Below, in pieces: positions 25,016 through 41,447 of a stretch of DNA of 64,000 nucleotides (position 1 is the first letter of the stretch; each line of letters begins with the position of its first letter). Location of the stretch: the NCBI RefSeq assembly GCF_000150275.1, contig NW_002060943.1, positions 11,408,878 through 11,472,877 of the forward strand. The letters are read 5' to 3'. Source of the DNA: Trichoplax adhaerens. Taxonomy: Eukaryota; Animalia; Placozoa. The notes under the pieces were generated by a model. The model ran no database searches. It saw only the letters and a list, made by a program, of their open reading frames with translations, and was not told the DNA's origin. Both the position numbers and the translations under genes were made by a program.

Positions 25016-26058
25016 TACAGTGTACAGTACTGTATAGCTAAAGAGCGTAACCTGTCCGGCTGTCCCTCTTTCTCTTCTTTGTCCGGCTGTGCCCCCTTTT
25101 TTCTTCTTTATTACTTTATTACTGTACTGTATACTGTAGTACACTACTGCTAGTACAGTATAGCCGTAAAACCTGTCCGGCTGTCCCCCGTTACTGTACA
25201 GTGTACAGTGTACAGTACTGTACGAGCGATGCCAACCAATGACATTCTGATTGAACCGTTTTGAATTTGATCTCAACAGCACGACGGTTACGCCTTGAAG
25301 CATAGTACTGTAGTTTAGCCTACACAGTACTGTATAGTACTACACTCTTAGCCTTATACTACAGTACAGTATACTGCACTGTATATCACACTTGACGTCG
25401 TGTTGTAGGCGGCATTTTCGAATTCTACCAAGACTCGATAGAGCTGCCTAATTTCTTCAATAACTTTTGCTCCATTTGATGAGTAAAATTAAGAGAGAAC
25501 TCCTGCAAAAGCCACAGAAATAATCAACTACAATTGTGTAAGTATCATGTACAAATGGATCAAGAATGGCAATACTAATATGTCTTTGCTATCCAATGAA
25601 TTACGTGATGATGATTGATACACTTTCAACTCCATGCAGTCATACTATTGGATTTTAGTTCAATTCATGCCTACAACATGTTATTCAGGCTAATTCAGCA
25701 ATGTCAGTATTCAACCAGTGATTTTCAATCTTTTATTTTAGATTATGCAATTCTACAGTTAACGGTGTTTTAAATCGACTACTTGTAACCTGAATTGTTT
25801 TTGTTCTCTGAACGATCAGCTACAGCAGAACTTGAATAAATGTCAATGCATGATGTAAACAAAACCAAAAAATGATTTCGCTAGTGCAAGTAGCCCATTA
25901 GTTTCATGAAATGGTGTTGTTTTTTCCCCAGCATGTATACAGATGGATGTGTATATCAGCACCAAGATATATATGTAGAATAGTATTATCCAAGTTGTTA
26001 TACAACAGTCACTAATCAAATTTAAATTATTTAAAATTAAAATTTGAAGAATTGGAAA

Positions 26059-29000
26059 ATGCCCAAGAGGAAAGCCACCCAACAAGTTCAAGATGTCTCG
26101 ACAGCACATGAAAGGCCCAGCTGCACTCAAAGCCAGCGCCAAAACGAGGTTTTGTATCCCTGCTACAATGAGACTGCTTTATTAGCATAGCTTAATCAAT
26201 CAATCAATGATCAGATAGATGATGCTTGTATTCAATCTTGCTAAGGATATCATTATAATCCAATTGAATACCGATATACATATTCTATAGTGTACCATTT
26301 CATTGAGTAAGACCAGTCTCTCTACAAATCATGCTAAATCTACTTTATTGCATTGCATGTCTTGATACTCGATTCAACTGATATAATACAATAATATATT
26401 CTATCCAAACTCTACGTACGCCATAAAGCAATCTATAATTCTACGATACATAGTTGTAGTTACAACTAAAACATCGATAACTATCATGGCTGTACATGAT
26501 TAAGAAGGAGCTCATAATAGAATGGAAATCTCCTTATCATGAATCATAAAGCGTATCTTAATCTGAGTAAGAATGATGCACTTACATTGGTATTCTAATG
26601 CTAAAAATTTCTAGGCCGGACTGTTACTAAACGTAACGCTAAAGCAACGGCTGCATCGACAATAATGCCTGTTGCCGGTGGTCCTTTTATCGATAGCCCT
26701 CCAAAACTCCCTACAGTTGAATGTCCTAAACCGATGACAAGACCAGTGGCCAAACGCGCTGTACCTACTCAAACCAAACCTACCTCGGTCAAGCCTGATC
26801 GTGTCAAAACTAGCAAGGCTAAGATTGCTCCTGTTAAAACTACTAAGGCTAAGCCTGCATCAATCAAGGTTAGCACCATTACTACCAAGTACTTTGGAAT
26901 CCTTTTAGCCTAAGTAATGCGTAAAAATCAATATATATCGTAGTTTGTTATCCAATATCAGTAGCAACCATCACACGATAGTGTAATTTCACAAATATGG
27001 ATACATACAATAGTATTGCTTGCTCCATCGGATGTGCTTCCCCCAAAATAATTGTTTTATATTAATTTTCAACTTGTTTGCAAAGTATAATATACTGTAT
27101 CAATCAATATCTTCCTAAATCGAATCATTACTGTCATTGCGAGATTGACATTAGGATTAGTATTAGTTTCTAGCCATTGACAGAATATCGGTAGGCAATG
27201 ATTGGCTATACTATCAAAAGCTCAGCCTTTTTAAAATCGACTGATATTTACTTCTTCTTACAAGAAGAAAGTTTGTAAAGAGCGTAAAAATAAGACTGGA
27301 TACTATAAAGCGGAACTAATGCCTGAAGGTCTCGAATTAACTGACTTGCATAAAACCAAATGGAACTTGGGCAAACAAATTGGAATAGGTGGCTTTGGAA
27401 GAATCTATTCAGGTATTTGAGCAAATAACACGTACGGTATTGGTGTAAACAATAAATAGATGTTCAGAAGGCCAAATTACTTTACATACTGTAAATAATA
27501 ATACGTTATACAGTACTCGTATAGAAATAATTAAACATTCGTATGTTACGAATAGCTTCAATTAGTCTGCATATCAACCGGTATCGTTGTCATATTGTGA
27601 GTATAAATTAGATAACCTTTAATAATTAATTGGTCATCATTTGAATGCCCTATCTTAAGCCTCGAAAGCCTGTGACAGAAAGTTGAATGGTACTGACGGA
27701 CAATATGTGATAAAAATCGTAAGCTTACTGCCGACATTTTTAATTTTTAGCTCTTACTGCTACGTATTCTTTTGTATCACAGTTATAATTACGAAAAATA
27801 TTCATTTCGTAGGAGCCTAAATCTAATGGACCCCTATTTGTAGAAATTCATACTTACTTACAGCTTATGCTCAAAAATGGTGAGTTGAAAAAATCTAGTC
27901 AATTTCTTCAAGTATTGACTTTTTACTCTTTATTAATATGTATTCTTGCTTTCAATACATGTTGATATTATTATTAGTAACACTAGAGCATAAATTTTAA
28001 ATGTGGATTTTGTAAAAAGCTCACACTGTAGTCATTGTACATTAGAATCATGTATTCTGTATTTGTATTTTTATAGTCGACGATTGGAAAGAGTATACTG
28101 GACTTAGTCATCTTGGGTTGCCTCGCTTTGTTGGCCATGGTCGCCATGTTTACAATGGTACTGAATGCAGATTCTTAGTAATGGAAAGGCTAGGAAATGA
28201 TTTAGATTTATTATTCGAAAAAAGGCGAAGTGATTTCACTCCATCTACTATCTATAGTATTGGGATAACGATGGTAAGCCAGTAATCAATTCTTGCCAAC
28301 AACTGTTATCAATTATCCTGTTGGGATATGTAATACGATGAAAGTTGGAAAGCATCGCACTAATTGTCTTTGATGGTCTAGTTGAATGCTTTAGAGTATA
28401 TTCATAAGCATGGATATATACACGGAGATATTAAAGGATCTAACATTCTTCTTGGATTTAATGAAGAAAATTTAGATAAGGTAATTTTGATTAACGATTA
28501 AAAAAGTGACTTGACTTGCTATCTAAGTAGTCTAGTTACATAGTCGTTGATGAGCCACTTCGTTGTTAAGTACTGAAAGTCATTATTTATTAGTTCTGTA
28601 AGCTTTATAGTATTCTCATAGTAAGGTAAAATAGCTAAATAGCATTGCAAAACAACTTGTACAACATTGCGTTGATTTTATGCAATTATTCTCTATTCCC
28701 ACTGCAATTCTACTGATGGATGTTATACACTGCATGACGATAGGATTACGTCCTTAAGGCTCGTGCTAATAAAGATAGTATTAGGGCAAATAATACATAA
28801 TGACAATTGTACTATCATTGATATCTCAATAACTAAATATTAAATGCACCAAGACTGTTAACACTGTCGCTATGCTGTTAATCTTTCAGTTATACAAAAT
28901 GAAATTTTGTTATTTTATCGTCAGGTCGTTTTAGTCGATTTTGGTATCGCTCAAAAATTTATTCATAATGGAATACATAAACCTTACATCGAGGATAAAA

Positions 29001-29757
29001 AAAGGGCGCATGATGGAACTATTGAGTTCACAAGTCGAGATGCGCATCTTGGAGCAGGTACTTGGTCGGGACGGTATCTTAAAATTATATTACTGTCTTG
29101 CTTTGCTATCTACGTTATCATATTTTGTGTCTGCTACCTGTAATCGAATACAGCTATAAGCTAATTTATATTCTTACTCCACTAAAACCAACTCTTTTGT
29201 AGTACCATCACGTCGTAGTGATTTGGAGATACTTGGTTACGTTATGACGAGATGGTTATGTGAAAAATTGCCTTGGGAAGATAATCTTACAAATCTAGAA
29301 TACGTAAAAAATGAAAAGTTAAGGTAAGGTAGCAATATAAAATTTTCCATGGTTGCGTGAAATTAGAGTTTTGGCGTATTCAATTTATACAGATATTGTA
29401 GAGATATCAAAGTTTTCATGCGTGATTGCTTTCAACACACCCAAAGAAAGAATGAATGCCCTGGTAATATATGTTTTGTTTATATTACTCTCCTAGTTCA
29501 CGCCGTAATATTTAGTACTAGCTACGATTTAGTTAGTCACATTTGTTTTATCCCTTAAATTCAAGTTTATGCTGTAGATTTACTTTTGTCTTTGGATATG
29601 TTATCTTATAGAAACTCTTGAGCGGTATATGCAATATGCAGTAGGTTTAGATTACAAAGAAGAACCAGATTATACTTATGCAAGAAATATCCTTCAGAGT
29701 GGAATGAAGAGGAAACCCGTCAAAGGACTCTCAGCTCGTCGCACGAAAATTAAATAG
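26059..29757 (+). CDS. VRK1: Vaccinia-related kinase (VRK, CK1 group) with a long basic N-terminal extension
   Basis: W.LGKQIGIGGFGRIY; YVIKI|EPKSNGPLFVE; RFLVMERLG; YIHGDIKGSNILL; LVDFG; HDGTIEFTSRDAHLG; SRRSDLEILGY; LPWE; stop TAG at 29757. The frame is secure from 26615; the start at 26059 is uncertain (see findings). The symbol denotes the VRK1/2 family. Confidence 0.9.
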
Positions 29758-30632
29758 CCTGTATTAGCTTAACTAAAATCTGTCTTTTGTTATTGTAAGA
29801 TAAATGGTTACTGCCGCAACCTCACGTAGTTGTCACTTACTTTGAGCAACATATATGTTATACAAGCTAATATTTACGTCAACCAGTTCACTACCACAAA
29901 TATTTAACTATTGCCAAAATAACTAATATAGGTTGTATTACCGTACATGATAACGGTAAAGAATATATAGTATCTTATTCCGTTGGTTTCTAACAGTTCT
30001 AAAGATGTTTGTTATTTTAGCACAAGTTAAATAATATTAAATCTTAATAAAACGATTAGTTATTTTTGTACAAGTAGAATAGAATTCCATTATTTACTTC
30101 CTCTAATTGTTAAATTGCCTTTCAAAGTGTCACTTAATATTATAAGAGAAGTATTCTAAAGTTCGTCTATCCCAATCAACCGAGCTAATTATCAAATCTT
30201 TTCTTTCAATTAATAAAATTAATAAAAAATTTCAAATTTTAGCATATATATTTGTAATTTTATTTTGGGGACTTTGGTATTTAGTAATCAAATATAAGGC
30301 GATCCAAATATCAATTTTACCGGAAGCTATTATACAAAGGTCAATGTCAATATAATGTTTTCTTACCCGAAAATTTACAGTGTAAATTTAATATAAGCTT
30401 GTATGTCCGTACCTTATATCTCTATGTAATAGAATTTATACTATATATTCATGAATGATAATATAGGCGATCTATTTTTCCATCTTTTATATTAGGAAAC
30501 ATTTATAAGCATAGATATAATTCTTTAAATTCTTTTGTACTCTAATAGTTCATACAGATTATAATTTTGATAAATTTTAATAGTCTGCGAGGCCGGTTCC
30601 TCTGTATCAAGTGGGTAAATAATGACTGATTT

Positions 30633-35733
<5,101 letters not shown>

Positions 35734-36953
35734 AATACCAATTCTAGTATGCTTTTGATTGCAAATAATTATAGGTAAACTGATAAGCTTGATCGCTTTC
35801 ATACGATATATATAGAATATATAAATATCTCGCTGTATACTGTATATAGAAATTAGCTCCAATTCGTCATATCCTGCTCTGTATCACGTCACAAAACGTC
35901 CAAGAATAATCGCGTTATTGCAGTATTGGGTGTTTACAGTGCAGCCTATGTCTGTCCATACTGCAAGTCCGTCACAGTTCCAGACTTGCTGTCCATCCAG
36001 TACACATCAAGTTTTCACCAGTCGTTGTGTACAGTATGACTGATTCTAAAAAAAAATGATGCGTATCCTAGGGCTAGCGTACAGTACTGGACTGTATGCT
36101 CTGATGAGGGAAAGTTGTACAGTATGTGTAATATGATTTCTTGCAATACACAAAGATGGATGTTCAAGATGGTGAGAGGATGAAGAGCAGATTTATTGGT
36201 AGATTGAGAATGAACGCACATAGGTAGAATGTTCGAGAGACATCGAGGAGGAGGCTACGACCTGATGGAACAGAATATGAATCTATCTATATCATACTGT
36301 ATAATTTATACGTAGGCAGCTAGCATCTTTCAATAAATAATCTCATTATCATTATGATCGCAGCGCTTTGCAATATCAGTCTAGTGATAGGCATTTAGAG
36401 GTCATGTTAAAAATTTCATTATAGCGATTGGAATGAAAATAGGATCATCAAAGGCGATGATTATTAATCTCCAAATTTCAATTTACATCACGCTGAATTG
36501 CAATTAATTATAATGTGAGTGAATACTACGATAAGTTGATGTTGGTTACATTGTATATTCGACAATCGAGTCGTTATATGACAGTTTGTAGTATACAGTG
36601 CAACAACAGAACTATATTCAGTATGGATTGTAATGAACAAAACTTGGAATTTTTCCTTTATTGCATGAACTCACAGACAATTTCTTGAACACATATTGAA
36701 CCGTGCAATCGCTTCTTGTATCAACTCTGCGCTCATATCCTACTAATGATCGGTATTAGAGGACATAGTAAGCACGTACGAGCAATTATTAGTTCAATTG
36801 ACGTTATTTCCGGGATCGTAGAAGCACACCGACTACGAATTGACCTAAAGTTAAATGATTTCAGAATCGGTGTTAAATTAAGTTTGGAGGTATGCATGTC
36901 CACTGTGCAGTGTACAGAAAGCTCCGCGCTTCAACTTAGTTAGGCACAGGATA

Positions 36954-36989
36954 CGCCATTCTCCATGATCGCGATCATGGAGAACGGCG
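36954..36989. repeat. 36-bp near-perfect palindrome
   Basis: CGCCA-TTCTCCATGATCG|CGATCATGGAGAA-CGGCG; the central 26 bp are perfectly self-complementary. Confidence 0.95.
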
Positions 36990-39550
36990 ATTGAAGGTAG
37001 CGTGCAGTAAAGGCCTGTGAAAATGTCATGTCTTACTCCGAAAAATAGTGTTTTTCAATTTCTGATAATTGTGAAATGCCTCTGACGAGTATAATTAATT
37101 AATTAATTAATTATATAATTATCGAACAGTCACAAGAGAGAAATAGACTATGCTTATGAAATTGAAATTTGAACTAATTTTCGAAGCCACTCCTCGAGAT
37201 TGATCTGTCCGGATATTGTACTGTACAAGTGTACGTTAATGTAGGTGCTCCATAAACGACATTTTGTATTGTACAGTATGAATAAAATAGTGATATACAG
37301 TGTACTGTACGCTATTGGTATAAATCCTTCCAGTCCACAAGGGTAATTTCTCTTTCTTTCTGGTTAAGCGAATTCGCTAGTGATACCAGGGAATGACATG
37401 CTCGTAAACAGGGTATACTACAGTATATCTAGCAACTGAATAAACATGGAAGTGAATTGTGGCTGCATGGAAAGATTTCGGTCCGTTATATACGATATAT
37501 ATGAATGTCTAAAACGAATGAGTGAACTTGTTTGCCTCCACTACGGTATTATTGCATTCTGAAGTGCACTAACTCATAGTTAGTCATAAGAGGAGCACGT
37601 GGCGGCAGCGGAAGCAAACACTACTTTAGAATCTTGAGATACATATAAAATGCCGCATTTTTACGCCTACGAGTATATCAAATTCTCTGATCTACACTAC
37701 TGTACTTCAAAAATTTTCACCAAGGAATCATCCATTTTGATTGTAAAAGTGTACTTCATAAGAATGAGCTGCAGCCTGCAGCTGTCGATAGCGCCATATA
37801 CATCAGGGTTCTCTGCTAGAAACAATACAATTACGCCCATCAAAATCATATTTTGAAATACATGATGATTTTAATAGCAAATTCATATATACTGCTAATA
37901 CAGGAATTAGCCACTTGATAGAGTGCTGTTTGCCTTATTATATGAGATTGAACGCTGCTAATGGGGATGTAAGTTGAGATCATGTAACTGTAATAAATTA
38001 CTCTGTCAATTCATAAACACTAGTAGAATTCACGCTCATTCTACTGTAATTCATGCACTGTGTACACTTGCACTTTTTACGTTAGACGTAAGCACGCGCC
38101 TATTTATTCAATCCGTCGTAAATGTAGTAATTCATTTCATAGACTATTTTATTATCTAGCGCCAAAACCCTTGATCTAATAATGAAATATTCTAATGTTA
38201 TTATCTTTTAGTATTTATAGTAAGAATTAATACAATGTAAATTTTCTCTTTATCTAACTTTATTAAAATTAATGGCATACTAATGAAATACTGCAACTGG
38301 TTTAAATTAGTCAGAAATACAGTAATGTCAGCGTAAGGTAATACTATAGCAGTATAACGAAAAGATTTTTAGATTGTAAATGCAATTACCGTACTAATGA
38401 ATTGTACATATGGCTATACAAAGTTCAAATGAAAAGAACTACCAGCTTCTAGGCGTTTCCTTTTTTTATATGATAGTGATGTTTCTTTTCATAGTAGTAT
38501 TTTATTCCTCCTCCTTCGTCCTAGTGAAAAATTGACGACAATGAATAGTATATATTATCTTGACATCTTTTACATTGGTATCAATTGATAAAGAAGGATT
38601 GAGCTAATAATAACTACCATGCATGAGTGATGACAGTATCACTATATTCACCACAACCCAATATTCGATCAAGGGTTCAAGTTGACAATTTACATGCATA
38701 CAAAATTGGAGTTTATTTGGAAATTGTAGTGTGCCTTCATAGCAGACAATCAATTGAGTTACTGCTCAGTCTATGCGTATGGACTTTTAGCGAGCACATA
38801 GTATACAGTACAATGATAATGATGATCAATCTTCTAATAATAGTTACGAATAGCCTCCCGACGACACCATGGAAGGGAAATCCGGAGTTCTTCAAAATAA
38901 TCTAAAATTAGTTAGATTCTCCAATGATTTTCATTGTGATATGTAAGTCAATATTATTGAGTGATTATAATTTTATAAATGAAGTATTATAATAGTTGAA
39001 CAATAGGCGATGTGGCTGAATATTCTCTATGAAATCTCGAGCATGGTGATCTTTCTTATTTTAGGATTGATATAAAATATCCTTATGATGATGATGTTGA
39101 GTGAAACAGCAGATTCAATTTAATTTAATCATCACGCTAAACTCTTCCAACTTGAGTAAGCACAATTAGTTATAAAAATGAAAGATCCTATTTACTGGAG
39201 CGACTAGAATTATTAACGAGTTTTGTACATGATGTCTCCGATTTCTCAAATGAATGCACTTCAATGAGGCATAGTCGGTCAGCAGCGCGACGGATTGTAT
39301 ACTTAATTACTAAAGCATGAAGATAAACAAACAGATACGATGGTTTACGTAGAGTCTGTATACAGTACTGTACAGAAGAGACTGGTGTAAAATGTTGGGG
39401 AGTTTCAAGTGGGAGCGGTCTCTCTCTAGATAGAAAAGTCATTACCATCGATTATAGCAAAGTAAACTGTATTCCAGTGTAAGGCTGGGCGTACAAAATG
39501 CATTCATTAAGGGAGGAGGGATTTAGTGGGAACTGCCTAATCTTCAGACG

Positions 39551-39790
39551 TACAGTACTGTAGGAACTTTCAGTGCAGTTGTTCGTACAGTACTGTACAG
39601 TATAACACTCTACAGTCTACAGATCGTAGCACTGTACTGTAGTACTACAGTGTACAGTACTGTACAGTACCGATGAAGTTTGGACAGTCCTGGACTGTGC
39701 TATTGGCCTACAGTACAGTACAGCGGTACCGTACCCTACTGTAAAAGGTACTGCCTATACTAAACACTTGAAATACTGTACTGTACTATA
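39551..39790. repeat. Dense TACAG/CTGTA low-complexity cluster upstream of GCH1
   Basis: For example TACAGTACTGTA, ACTGTACTGTAGTACTACAGTGTACAGTACTGTACAGTA, TACAGTACAGTACAG. Confidence 0.85.
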
Positions 39791-41447
39791 TGTGGCTAGT
39801 CTGTTCCACTAACGATTGGCAAACTTGCACTCCCTTTTGGTTGGGACGTCGCGTTATTGACGAATAATTATCATTTTATTGAATGCTATAGTTGTATATT
39901 GTAAATATAAGTGAAATCAGTTTCAATTGTAGTTCATCGTTATATTGTATACAAGGTAGGTTAGTACAACCCCTACTATTGGCAACAAGCAGCCGATGAA
40001 GATTGTCAGGTAAGAATCCAACGCTACCCTTGTTGATTGGTGAATTGTACTGCATTGAAAATAATCATAATATTGCCTGGCATATGCGACTATTTCTGCA
40101 GGTTCTTGTTAGTCGATGATACTAGTCATCATTTTAACATGCTTCCATTTTAGTCTCATTTTCTTGTTGGTATCATCAACGTCCATCCTAGAGGTACTCC
40201 ATTGATGTTAGACACTTTTACAATACGGATATCATCCATAGTATCGTTAATATTTAGAATCAATACGGTCGGGATAAGCGTACTTATCGCTGGGTCAATG
40301 GACAACGTTTGTATCATTCATTTCAAGTAGTAACAATTTGGGGATAATTTACAACGATAAACATAACCAACAAATGGTAGAAGAGATCTACCATACTATA
40401 CTACACTTCAACATGAACATTTTTCATTATAAACAATCGTCATAGTCTACTCGATAGACTCGTCACCAATGCTCTCCACGCTTTCTTCATCTGCTTACAA
40501 CATTCGATGCCTTCGTCCACAAGGTCGATATGTTTACAATTGTAAGATAATACAGTATACCGTAGTATGACGACTGTACTATGTTATAACGATTCTAAAA
40601 AAATAGGAAATTACTTATTTAAATTGATTCATTGAGTTAAAGGCATAACGCGATATCAATATTATAGTTACTCCTTGTATCACTTGTTCGCCCGACTTGA
40701 AGACCACATGCTAGCTGCATATCGCTTTCCTACAGGACAGTACAGTCAAGTAGATGTTGCTCCTACGTATGGTACTGCCAGTATACTGTCTTCAGTAGAA
40801 AAACATGAATATTCAGCATATTGATTTGCGATGACAGGGATTCTTGACCATAGTCTACGAATCTTATAGTTTAGGGATCCTGTATGTACGATTGATCAAG
40901 TGATGACTAAAGGACAATCTTCGTACTGTACAGTACTGGACGTCAATAATGTTGATAAAGCATTGTATCAATAATTATATATTGAAATTATTCATCACTT
41001 ATTCAATCATTACTGGATGATCTTAATGTAATCAAGTACTTTTCTACAAATTGACAATGATCTACAAGCTGTACAAACAAGAATCCACCTTCAATGGTGC
41101 TCTAATAATCGACTGCATATTGTAGAGTAGACTTGAGTAGCCACGATTAGAATCGCAATCTACCACCACGGCAATTTTAGACCTATACGACCGTCGTATT
41201 GTTACTTAATTATAATTAAACAGCCTGAGGACATACCATTGAATGGAAGAATTAATTGATTACACAAATTTGTTGATCTATGATATAGCGGATAGTCTTT
41301 GATACTAATGATAATTATTATTCGATCGTGCATATTGAATTTATTTTAGCTTTGATTGAAACTGAAGCATTACGAAAGGGATATAATAGCCCGACTAAAG
41401 AGAAATTAGCCCACTTCTTACAGCCTGCCAATTAGTCCGCACCCACA

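Larger units (their letters stand above)
24192..25195. repeat. Local repeat family TGTCCGGCTGTCCCTCTTTCTCTTCTTT (about 6-7 degenerate copies)
   Basis: Copies start near 24193, 24493 (partial), 24577, 24604, 25053, 25080 and 25174, usually followed by ACTGTACTGTA. Confidence 0.85.
23342..26058. promoter_or_regulatory. Divergent (head-to-head) SF3B2/VRK promoter region
   Basis: Start codons face outward; a CACGTG/GCGC-rich patch near 23466, CCAAT/ATTGG boxes near 24087, 24134 and 25236, TGACGTC near 25393, and a probable non-coding VRK exon ending at GTAAGT near 25538. Motif function is inferred. Confidence 0.55.

Noticed and set aside
24192-25195. Repeat-spacer-like pattern suggesting CRISPR
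   Set aside because: Eukaryotic spliced-gene context, irregular spacing, degenerate units and no cas genes.
24235-25303. Overlapping ORFs of 64-136 aa (24302-24712, 24860-25153, 25010-25303, etc.)
   Set aside because: They are translations of the repeat nest and MITE (YCTVQYS-type low complexity) with no transposase or other motif.
36102-36115. CTGATGA..GAAA, hammerhead-core-like
   Set aside because: Only 2 nt separate the motifs (no stem II), and the flanking pairing comes from TACAG motifs.
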